DNA of 64,000 bases from an uncultured Chloroflexia bacterium (GTDB lineage: Bacteria; Chloroflexota; Dehalococcoidia; Dehalococcoidales; UBA2162): positions 14,761 through 78,760 of the forward strand of contig CAVTJN010000007.1 of assembly GCA_963735055.1 (NCBI GenBank), given 5' to 3'. A program made the position numbers and the translations under genes. Positions 28,641 to 37,395 of the stretch are shown here, one piece after another (the first letter of the stretch is position 1; every line of letters begins with the position of its first letter). The notes beneath the pieces are model-generated. The model did no database searches and was not told where the DNA came from. It was given only the letters and a program-made list of their open reading frames with translations.

Positions 28641-31634
28641 ATGAGCCATCCGTTCGGTGATCTCCTGGGACAATATCTTCACCGCAAGCATGGCTTGAGT
28701 CAGTTTAAATTAGCCGATGGGATTGACCAACCACCATCGGTGATCTCCGAGATGTGCCAGGGAAAGCGCCTGACCGGCCCACAAGCTCGCGACAGGGTTG
28801 TATCCATCCTTTTATGGCTGTACAAACAAGGAGCGTTGATTACCAAAGAGGAAGCTGATGCTCTCCTCGAATCGGCAGGGTTGGCGCCCCTTCAGGAACG
28901 AATAACAACCGAAGCCGAGTTCCTTCGGCAGCTAAGCCCATTATCGCTGTCGAATCGTCTGCAACACAAGGAAAAAACAACGACTGAACACCCCAAATCT
29001 CGTTTAAATTGGGAACGTTCAGCCACCGCACCGCGTGATAACTTGCCCCTACCTCCGACCCCGTTGATCGGCCGCGAATCGGAAATCAACGAAATTATAA
29101 AAATCCTTAACCAGTCGGATTGTCATTTACTCACACTTACCGGACAGGGCGGTATCGGTAAAACGCGCCTTGCCATTGAGGCGGCTTCCCGGGTCACACA
29201 TAACTTTCCCGATGGCATCATCTTTACCACGCTGCAGCCCGCAACAGAACCGGCGTTCTTAGCCCTGGCCATTATCGATGCCATCGGGGTGCCTTTTTAT
29301 GTTACAGATAATCCCAGAATTGGACTGATCAATTTCTTACGGGAGCGAAAAATGCTCCTGCTGCTGGATAATTTCGAGGAGCTTCTGCAAAGTTCTGCCG
29401 AAAACACTTCATCCACCATTGATTTACTGGCAGAAATCATTCAGCAAGCCCCCGGAGTGAAACTGCTGGTCACTTCGAGGGTCGTTCTCAACCTCAGTGG
29501 AGAATGGGTTTATCCGGTTCAGAGCTTAACCTATCCACTCTCGTCCCTGAGTGAACCTGTAATAGTCATCCCAGCCATGGAAGACCCTACCCGATTTACA
29601 GCGATAAGCCTCTTCATCGAACGAGCCAGGCGGGTTCGGCATAATTTTTCGGCGGTAGACGAGATGGCTGGGATCATCCAGATTTGCCAGGTCGTGGAGG
29701 GTTTACCCCTGGCGCTTGAGATGGCGGCTGCCTGGACTAAATCGATGAATTGTGCAACGATTGCATCCGAAATACGGGGCAATCTGAATTTTTTAGAAAC
29801 CAGTTTACGAGATGTGCCAGTGCGACACCGCAGCATCCTGGCAGTTATAAACCAATCCTGGCAAACCCTCAGCCCGGAAGAACGGCAGGTATATGCAAAG
29901 CTGTCGGTGTTCAAAGGGGGCTTCCAACGCCAGGCCGCTGAACAGGTCGCCGGTGCTACCTTATCGATTCTGTCGGCATTGGTGGATCAATCTTTGCTGC
30001 GTTGGGAACCGGATGGCCGCTACCAAATTCATGAGCTTTTGCGCCAGTTTGCAGCGGACCATCTGGAAGCCGATCCAGAAACCGCCAGGATCACCAATGA
30101 TTTGCACTGTATGTTTTACGCAGACTTCCTGGACCAATGCAGCGCAAGGATTACCGGGAGACAACAGCAAGAAGTTCTCCATAACCTCACAGCCGAACTC
30201 CAGAATGTCCGGGCAGCCTGGCGCCGGGCTGTTGACGAATACAACCTCCCAGCCCTCTACAAAGCAACTTATACCTATTATGAATTCTGCGATTTCACTA
30301 GCCGTTACCTGGAAGGCGCAGAAGCTATTGAGCTGGCTATTTCCAGGCTGTTGGAAAGAAAAGCACCGGATCGGCAGGCTGCCGAGGTATTGGCATTACT
30401 CTACCCATTGCTAGGATATCATTACATCCGCCTCGGGAAATTTGAACCTTCTCAAAAGGCCTTTGAAACCGGTCAGGACATTTTGAAAACGGACCAGCTA
30501 GAACTCAAACCGGGATTTGGAACCGATCCGATGGCGGGTTTAGGTCTTCTTGCACTCGTCAAAGGCGATTATTCTACTTCAATCCAATTTGCCGAAACCG
30601 GGAGGGAAGCAAGCCTTCTGCGAGATGATCCCCTTAATCTACAAATCGCCTGTTATGTTCTGGCAAATGCCACCTTTTCTCTGGGCGATTATATCCCTGC
30701 TCTTAGCTATGTCGACCAGGGCTTAATATCTACTGAGGTTACCGGGAACCAGTGGATGAAAGCGCAACTACTCACCGTACAAGGGCATATTGCTCAGGCG
30801 CAAAACCAGTATTCTCTGGCTCAACAGAAATACAGGGAAAGCTATCTCATTAAACAGGAACTCAATGATCCGGAAGGCGAGGCCACTGCATTCAATAGCC
30901 TGGCCCAGATCGCCCTGCTGCAAAGAAATCCAAAAGAGGCGTATGAACTCTATCTGAAGGGTCTGGAGATTTTCCACAATATCAACGACCCGGGTGGATT
31001 GGGCAACTCGTACTCTGGTTTGGGTGATTCTGCCCTGGCGCAAGGTGATCTGCCAACCGCTTGCCACTACTACCGCCAGGGGCTGCAAATCGCCATTAAC
31101 ATCAAGTGGCTACCCCTTACCATTACACTCTTAACGGGCATCAGTGAGTTGTTCTTACAAACCGGCCAGGCACACCTGAGCGCCGTTTTGCTCAATAAAA
31201 TCCTGGTTCATCCCGCCATCACGGAAGATGCCCGGATCCGCGCCCTCCAAGACCTTGAACGGACATTAGCCCAACTGCCATCCCAGGTCAACCGGTCTAG
31301 CATTTCTGGACAAACGGAGGAGGATCTATTTCTCACTTCCCAGACAGTACTGGCCGAGTTAATCGACCTGGCAGGCCATTATCCAAGAACCGGCTCCTAT
31401 CTAGAGAATAAACCGGCATCCAACCGCCAGGACATGCTCGATCCGCTGACCGCCCGAGAGATGGAAGTATTGCAAATGATTGCCCTCGGAAAGACAAACC
31501 AGCAGATTGCCGCCGCTTTCGTTCTATCGGTCGGCACCATCAAATGGTACAGCCGGCAAATCTACCAGAAATTAGGGGTCGGCAACCGCACGGAGGCCGT
31601 CGCCCGCGCTCGGAAAATCCATCTCCTGGACTGA
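28641..31634 (+). CDS. STAND (NB-ARC-type) ATPase with N-terminal HTH, TPR array and C-terminal LuxR-type HTH
   Basis: Intact 997 aa. N-terminal HGLSQFKLADGIDQPPSVISEMCQG, P-loop LTGQGGIGKTRLA, Walker B LLLLDNFEE, TPR-like repeats, and C-terminal LTAREMEVLQMIALGKTNQQIAAAFVLSVGTIKWYSRQIYQKLGV. Confidence 0.85.
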   Translation: MSHPFGDLLGQYLHRKHGLSQFKLADGIDQPPSVISEMCQGKRLTGPQARDRVVSILLWLYKQGALITKEEADALLESAGLAPLQERITTEAEFLRQLSPLSLSNRLQHKEKTTTEHPKSRLNWERSATAPRDNLPLPPTPLIGRESEINEIIKILNQSDCHLLTLTGQGGIGKTRLAIEAASRVTHNFPDGIIFTTLQPATEPAFLALAIIDAIGVPFYVTDNPRIGLINFLRERKMLLLLDNFEELLQSSAENTSSTIDLLAEIIQQAPGVKLLVTSRVVLNLSGEWVYPVQSLTYPLSSLSEPVIVIPAMEDPTRFTAISLFIERARRVRHNFSAVDEMAGIIQICQVVEGLPLALEMAAAWTKSMNCATIASEIRGNLNFLETSLRDVPVRHRSILAVINQSWQTLSPEERQVYAKLSVFKGGFQRQAAEQVAGATLSILSALVDQSLLRWEPDGRYQIHELLRQFAADHLEADPETARITNDLHCMFYADFLDQCSARITGRQQQEVLHNLTAELQNVRAAWRRAVDEYNLPALYKATYTYYEFCDFTSRYLEGAEAIELAISRLLERKAPDRQAAEVLALLYPLLGYHYIRLGKFEPSQKAFETGQDILKTDQLELKPGFGTDPMAGLGLLALVKGDYSTSIQFAETGREASLLRDDPLNLQIACYVLANATFSLGDYIPALSYVDQGLISTEVTGNQWMKAQLLTVQGHIAQAQNQYSLAQQKYRESYLIKQELNDPEGEATAFNSLAQIALLQRNPKEAYELYLKGLEIFHNINDPGGLGNSYSGLGDSALAQGDLPTACHYYRQGLQIAINIKWLPLTITLLTGISELFLQTGQAHLSAVLLNKILVHPAITEDARIRALQDLERTLAQLPSQVNRSSISGQTEEDLFLTSQTVLAELIDLAGHYPRTGSYLENKPASNRQDMLDPLTAREMEVLQMIALGKTNQQIAAAFVLSVGTIKWYSRQIYQKLGVGNRTEAVARARKIHLLD

Positions 31635-31841
31635 GCGAGAAGATCAACCCAACCCTTGAACAGAGAACCAACCACAAAACCTGTCTTTTGGCAGGTATCC
31701 TCCAGCGATAATTTGGATAAACTCTAATTGTCGCACGACGGTTCAGTGGATGGTCAACCTGATTCCATCCTCATCCATTTCCCAGTGCAGGTGATTTATA
31801 GGCTCAATAGAAGTAAGATCAGTTCATTGGAGGTTATTGAA

Positions 31842-33286
31842 ATGGGAAACACAGTTTCTGAAGAACAAACGACATTACGACCAGCAGGTAGCCTGACTGA
31901 AGAATCCATCCGGGCATTCAGAAAAAAGTTGGCAGGTATTGTTTTATGTCCAGGAGATGAGGGGTACGAGAAAACCAGGCATGTATGGAATGGAATAATC
32001 GACCGCCATCCAGCTGTGATTGCGCGTTGCGCCAGTGAATCTGATGTCATCGCTGCAGTTAACTTTGCCAGAGAAAACCAGCTCCTGGTGGCGGTGCGCG
32101 GGGGCGGGCACAATGTTGCTGGACACGGCACCTGTGATCACGGCCTGGTGATCGATTTATCCTTGATGAAAGGCATTGAAGTCGACCCGCACCAGCGCCT
32201 GGCATGGGCCGATGGGGGGGTTTTGTGGAAAGAGCTGGATAAGGCCACACAGGTTTATGGGCTGGCGACCCCGGGTGGTTTATTCTCAGAAACGGGAATA
32301 GCCGGCCTGACCCTGGGAGGTGGTTTCGGATGGCTGCGCAATAAGTTCGGACTGAGCTGCGATAATCTGGTATCCGCCAGAGTCGTCACGGCGGATGGGC
32401 GCCTGGTCATCGCTAGCGCCAACGAAAACAGCGATCTGCTCTGGGGGTTACGCGGCGGTGGCGGCAACTTCGGCATCGTCACTCGTTTCGAATACCGGCT
32501 GCACCCCGTTGGCCCGGAGGTCATGTTCTGTTTCGTCTTCCACCCTGGGGAAAAAATGGAGGAAGGATTTCGCTTTTATCGAGATTTTTCGACCTCGTCC
32601 CCCGATGAGGTGAGTTCGGTTGCCTTTTCCGGCATCATACCACCGGGGTCGGAAGCTTTTCCATCAGAGAACTTCATGGAAAGCCCTATCTGGCATTTGG
32701 CGCCTGCTATGTTGGATCTATTGAGGAAGGGAAACGCGTGCTTCAACCGCTGCGCGACTTTACCCAACCGCTGATCGATTTCAGCGGGGTCATGCCTTAC
32801 GTGGACGTGCAAGCTGCATTTGACGCGGATTACCCGGCTGGCGTGATGCGGTATTATTGGAAATCTCTTAACCTGACCAGCCTCAGTAATGAAGCCATTA
32901 CTCGCCTGGCCAGGCATGCCCGGCAGCAACCTTCTGCCCACAGCACAACCGATCTATGGCATATCGGCGGCGCAGTCAGGCGGGTGAACCCGGATGAAAG
33001 TGCCTTTTTTGGGCGTGAAGCCGTCTTCCTGCTGAATCCTGAAGCGAATTGGGAAGACCCAGCCGAGGATGACGAAAATATCGCCTGGGCCCGGGAGTTT
33101 ATTGAAGATATGCGGGGTTTTTCTGATGGCAGCCGTTATTTGAATTTTGCCGGTTTCCAGGAGGAAGGCTCAGAATTGATCCGCAAGGGATTCGGCAGTC
33201 AGTTTGAGCGTTTGGCCTTCCTGAAAAAGAAATATGACCCCACCAACTTTTTCAGCCTGAACCAGAACATTCTGCCAGGTACATAA
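31842..33286 (+). pseudogene. FAD-linked oxidase of the BBE/VAO family (AA7-like), one frameshift near 32700
   Basis: GGAGG RBS before ATG 31842. Carries VAVRGGGHNVAGHG and GLTLGGGFGWL, with the C-terminal BBE motif YDPTNFFSLNQNI. ORFs 31728..32774 and 32738..33286 overlap in different frames. Confidence 0.85.
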
Positions 33287-33329
33287 TTGAATAAAAAAAA
33301 GAGTAACATCTCAATAAATCGGGGGAATT

Positions 33330-33380
33330 GTTGGTTCAAAATGCGCCGTAGGCGCATTTTGAACCAACAACCCCTATTTT
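33330..33380 (+). terminator. rho-independent terminator after the FAD oxidase gene
   Basis: gttggttcaaaatgcgcc-gta-ggcgcattttgaaccaac (18-bp perfect stem, extendable by gggg/cccc), followed by tattttct. Confidence 0.6.
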
Positions 33381-33649
33381 CTGAGATGATACTAAAAAGA
33401 AGGTGTTTTGAGCGCCGGGAGCTCTTTTTTGGTCAGCAACACAAGGCGAATCACTAAGCAAGTTACTATTCTAGACGATATTGCAAGGGGTGTTTGCGAT
33501 GAAATGGGAATTTCCCTGATAAGATTTCCCTTACGCAATTTTGTGCTATCCCATCAAGCATACCCCGCCGGGCTCGTAACAATCAAAAATCGCCGGGTCT
33601 GGCTAAACAGGGTAGTTCGAAGGTCTTAAGTCTGCGAACCTGGATTGCA

Positions 33650-33676
33650 GCTCATAGCCCGGAGGTCGTTGGTTTG
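33650..33676 (+). other. second, more decayed initiator-tRNA-like fragment
   Basis: gctcatagcccggaggtcgttggttt aligns with 26981-27006 (gctcattacccggaggtcagtggttc). It retains the CAT anticodon context and a GTTGG T-stem strand but loses the T-loop. Confidence 0.35.
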
Positions 33677-33862
33677 TTAGTTTCATTCTTGGTAATTCTT
33701 ATTCATTGTGCTAAAATTATCCCGTCAGCATTAAGAAATTCACAGAATCACTGTTGACACACTTTAAAAATTGCATCCAAGAGACTTTCCTGCCATCCGT
33801 CTAATGGACAATGGCAAAATCGGCAGTCTCCTGGATGGGAATGAGCGTAATCGGGGTCTCGT

Positions 33863-33906
33863 CCTTTTAAACCATTGGTTCAGGGTTCGAGCCCCTGCAC
33901 GCTCAC
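33863..33906 (+). repeat. direct repeat of the tRNA-Lys anticodon-loop-to-3'-end segment (attR-like)
   Basis: ccttttaaAccattggttcagggttcgagcccctgcacgctcac equals 5050-5093 except for one base (33871 a versus 5058 g). The flanks differ on both sides. Confidence 0.85.
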
Positions 33907-33921
33907 ATTTTTATTTAAGAG

Positions 33922-33970
33922 TTGGTTCAGGGTCCCCGAAAGGGGATAATTCGAGCCCCTGCACGCTCAC
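33922..33970 (+). repeat. third tRNA-Lys 3' copy, interrupted in the T-loop by a 17-nt insert
   Basis: ttggttcagggt (matches 5062-5073), then the insert ccccgaaaggggataat (33934-33950), then tcgagcccctgcacgctcac (matches 5074-5093). Confidence 0.75.
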
Positions 33971-34013
33971 AAGGATACTCTGGCAGTTTGTAGGCCAGAT
34001 TTCCCTTTATTTG

Positions 34014-34048
34014 GCGGTTGTACCTCCCCTGGTACAACCGCTTTTTTT
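34014..34048 (+). terminator. rho-independent terminator, probably the original tRNA-Lys terminator
   Basis: gcggttgtacc-tcccct-ggtacaaccgc followed by ttttttt, 44 nt after the distal tRNA 3' copy. Confidence 0.65.
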
Positions 34049-34181
34049 CCAAGGCAAATCAACCATATGCATTGGTGTAAATGCGTCTTGGATTTGCTCG
34101 GATGAATGATTACAATAAAATATAATTGTGACCTGAATTATAAGCATATGCCCTTGATTGGACGAGCAGAAAGTGTTTAAG

Positions 34182-35870
34182 ATGAAAAGGTCCGTTTACC
34201 TGGTGGGTGTAGGTTTTGGTGCATTAACCAGTCTTATTGTGATGGCATTCGCCTACCTGGGGAATGCTTTTTTTTCACTTCCTTTTTTTCCCTTTAACAT
34301 TTTTGATTGGCTGACTCGCCATCTGCCTGGGGTTGTCATCCATACGGTCATACAACTCATGGTTTCGGCCATCACCGCCCTGGGCCTGGGGCCAATCGAT
34401 ACGGTTGCCAAGTTAGCCGAACAAATCCAGGCATTGATCCTGGTATTCATCATAGGGATTGGTTTCGGCCTGGCCCTTGTCGTCGTAAGACAGCAGCGCC
34501 GGGGTTGGTTTACTTGGGATGGCATATTAGGTGGATTGATCTTGTGGCTTGGGCTGATTGTTGTTGAGGTTTCCCTCCCGGTGACATCCCCCGCATTATC
34601 GCTGAGTCTGGTTTGGTTGCTGGGATTAATGGTGGGTTGGGGGTGGGTATTGTCCCGCCTTTTGGCATCCATGGACAGGGGGAGAGTTTCTCCCGATTCT
34701 CAAGATATTCCGGTTGGGCCACACCAGGACCGCATCATCGGCCGCAGAGAATTTCTTGCGCTGATAGGATCAGGACTGGCCAGTCTGGCTGTGCTGGCCC
34801 TTGGATTACGGAATTTCTATAATCAGGCCCGCAAGGTGTCGTCCTCTGCAACCGGGATCCAGCCCACGTCTCAGGGGGCAATGCCCGGTGCCTCCCCGAT
34901 ATTTGGTCCTGAGTACACATCCGGATCGGCTGCTTCGCCGGCGCCGGGAGATTTGGCAAAGAGGATTGAACCTGCACCGGGCACTCGCCCGGAAGTTACC
35001 CCGGTGGATAAATTTTACCGGATTGACATTAACCAGCTTCCATCTGTCGTCAATTCTCAGTCCTGGAGCCTGCAATTGACGGGATTGGTCCAAAAGCCGT
35101 TGACATTCACCCTGGATGAGCTTCGCGCCCGACCTTCTATCACCCAGGCGGTTACCCAGTCTTGCGTCTCCAATCCACTTGGCGGCGAACTGATTGGAAC
35201 CAATTTTTGGACCGGTGTGCCATTCAAAGATGTGTTGGCTCAGGCAGGAGTGCTGCCTGAGACGAAGGGCATCAAGATCACTTCAGCGGACGGCTTTTAT
35301 GAATTCGTTCCGCTGGCGGAGGCCATGGATGATCGAACTTTACTGGTGTATGCGATGAATGCTGAACCGCTAACCACAGAACATGGCTTTCCCCTCCGGA
35401 TTTACATCCCAAATCATTATGGAATGAAACAACCTAAATGGATCCTCCGGATGGAGGCAACTGATACCGAAAATCCTGGTTTTTGGGGGGAGCGGGGTTG
35501 GGAGCCACATGCCATTCCCAAGACGACCTCTGTCATCGACACATACGGGGTAGATAAACAAGTTCTTCAAGGCGCCGGGATCGTTCCATTAGGAGGGATT
35601 GCCTGGGCTGGGTCGCGGGGCATCAAAAAAGTGGAGATCCAAATTGATACCGCCCCCTGGGTTGAGGCGGTTCTTCGCGACCCACCCCTCAGCCCACTCA
35701 CCTGGGTTCAGTGGCGCTATGATTGGGAACCTGGCCCTGGGGTGCGTCCGGGCGTGCATACTGTCCAGGTGCGCGCCACGGATGGCGATGGCAATCTTCA
35801 GGATCCCACTCCCCATGGTCCGGGTCCTGAAGGTGCCACCGGGATCAATTCGATCGTAGTATTTCTATAG
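34182..35870 (+). CDS. membrane-anchored molybdopterin-dependent oxidoreductase (sulfite-oxidase / MsrP-like catalytic domain)
   Basis: An N-terminal polytopic hydrophobic region is followed by FYRIDIN, WSLQLTGLVQKPLTFTLDEL, HGFPLRIYIPNHYGMKQPKWILRME and an Ig-like C-terminal domain. An alternative TTG start lies at 34158. Confidence 0.8.
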   Translation: MKRSVYLVGVGFGALTSLIVMAFAYLGNAFFSLPFFPFNIFDWLTRHLPGVVIHTVIQLMVSAITALGLGPIDTVAKLAEQIQALILVFIIGIGFGLALVVVRQQRRGWFTWDGILGGLILWLGLIVVEVSLPVTSPALSLSLVWLLGLMVGWGWVLSRLLASMDRGRVSPDSQDIPVGPHQDRIIGRREFLALIGSGLASLAVLALGLRNFYNQARKVSSSATGIQPTSQGAMPGASPIFGPEYTSGSAASPAPGDLAKRIEPAPGTRPEVTPVDKFYRIDINQLPSVVNSQSWSLQLTGLVQKPLTFTLDELRARPSITQAVTQSCVSNPLGGELIGTNFWTGVPFKDVLAQAGVLPETKGIKITSADGFYEFVPLAEAMDDRTLLVYAMNAEPLTTEHGFPLRIYIPNHYGMKQPKWILRMEATDTENPGFWGERGWEPHAIPKTTSVIDTYGVDKQVLQGAGIVPLGGIAWAGSRGIKKVEIQIDTAPWVEAVLRDPPLSPLTWVQWRYDWEPGPGVRPGVHTVQVRATDGDGNLQDPTPHGPGPEGATGINSIVVFL

Positions 35871-36148
35871 CCTAAAGGCTGATTGCGGTGCTGACGTCCT
35901 CAACAAATTGGAGATGAAACGACGGTATCTTGATGAAAGTCGCATAGAAAATTACGAAATGCACGTGTTTTTATCGAGTTCCTGGGATTGGCAATATTCA
36001 TAACGTACAGGGGTAATCCTGCGCATTCATCGGGATGAATCCGGTGGGGCCATCCACCTGGCGAGTTGACACGCTCCATTGAATCCAAAAACACTTCGCA
36101 ATTGTTATTGGCGGAGTGTCAACCCAAATAGTCGTCTATCTGCTTATA

Positions 36149-36460
36149 TCAAGGCAAATTAAACAATTCGTACAGTTCGAAAGTGCTGTCAGCAAGGATT
36201 TTCCCAGCCTCTTGAAAGGCTTCGGCCCAACCTGGGTCGTCAAACGTAGTCTTTGCCCGATAACTTTCGAGCGCTGAAAGACTTTCCCATTCTCTTTCCC
36301 AGATAAATGTGTTTGCCGGGTATCCGCCGTAAACAATCGTGTAACGCCGTTTGGGAGGCACATTGCCTATTTTGGCTTCCAGCACATCAAACTTCTTCTC
36401 AAGGGCAACGGCTTCTTCGTATGTGCCAATAACTTTCTGGGTGCATCTTTCAACAAACAT
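36149..36460 (-). CDS. small hypothetical protein (103 aa)
   Basis: Strong GGAGG RBS 7 nt before ATG 36460 (MFVERCTQKVIGTYEEAV...). No family recognised. Confidence 0.4.
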   Translation of the reverse strand: MFVERCTQKVIGTYEEAVALEKKFDVLEAKIGNVPPKRRYTIVYGGYPANTFIWEREWESLSALESYRAKTTFDDPGWAEAFQEAGKILADSTFELYELFNLP

Positions 36461-36839
36461 GATTAGCCTCCTGGATCGTTCGCTATCCTTTTGGGCAATT
36501 TCTGCGGGCAAAGCAACGCAGGCTTTGATGTGAACCGCGATGGTTTGTTCTTGTTATGCTTGCCCACAAAAATACAACAAAAACAATCATTATTGTATGG
36601 ATTTTCCATCGGGAACGCAAGCGCCTATTTTCGTGATACCGATAACAAAACCCAGTCACTCACGGGCTTTCAGGCTCGTGCTTCATTTCGGGCGGACTCT
36701 GGCACGTTTACGTCAAATGATGATAAGTGCCTGGGGAAACCTGAACTCCTGTTGTGGTTTCAGGTTCAACGGATGCTTAGTATAATCATGGCGTAAGTCA
36801 ACCTTAATGGTTTGTTGAAGGGAGGAGGTCTCTCCATCC

Positions 36840-37311
36840 ATGCGTCACAACCGAGAGGAAGTCATTGAGCGTACCGTCCGGGAGTTTGAGCTCCTGGAGC
36901 ATCTGGTCGCAAACCTGACAGATGAGGAGTGGCAGCGGCCGGTGCCCCGGTCCGAGGCCAAAGATCCCTGGACGGTGAAGGATGCCCTGGCTCATATCAC
37001 CCACTGGAAGGCCGACGTGATCCGCGCCAGCGGGGACAGCATAGGCCGCCCGAAGAGCGCGGCTGTCTGAGATGAACGACGGCAACCATCTCATCTACGT
37101 GCGCTGGCGCGATCGCTCGCCCCAGGAGGTTCTGGCCTGGCACCGGCAGGTTCAGGAGGATGTGCTGGCGGCCGCTGCGAGAGCGGCGCCCGAAGGTGGT
37201 TCAGCGGCCAGGGAGCGCCGGCCGGAATGGCCTTTCGACCTTGACGCGCACTCCGCTTACCACCGGGTCAAAGACATCCAGCAAGCGCTGGCTGCCCGCT
37301 CAATGCGCTGA
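36840..37311 (+). pseudogene. DinB/ClbS-like four-helix-bundle protein, interrupted near 37068
   Basis: TTTCAG-17-TATAAT promoter and GGGAGGAGG RBS upstream. ELLEHLVANLTDEEWQRP..WTVKDALAHITHWK in ORF 36840..37070 continues as ORF 37072..37311. Confidence 0.55.
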
Positions 37312-37395
37312 CCGTTGTTCGGTAAGTGAACGATATCGTCATGCCAGGAAAATTGGCGATAGTATAGGCAGTCAATCGTTGTGAGGGCCTGGAAT

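Larger units (their letters stand above)
5093..33862. mobile_element. putative tRNA-Lys-associated genomic island (no integrase detectable; probably a remnant)
   Basis: Bounded by the tRNA and a 44-bp direct repeat of its anticodon-loop-to-3'-end segment. The likely native tRNA terminator lies beyond the distal repeat. Much of the interval looks less GC-rich than the flanks. Confidence 0.45.

Noticed and set aside
33771-34109. 112-aa ORF spanning the tRNA-Lys 3' copies and the terminator
   Set aside because: Its translation is just the tRNA fragments and hairpin read through. There is no RBS and no protein-like features.
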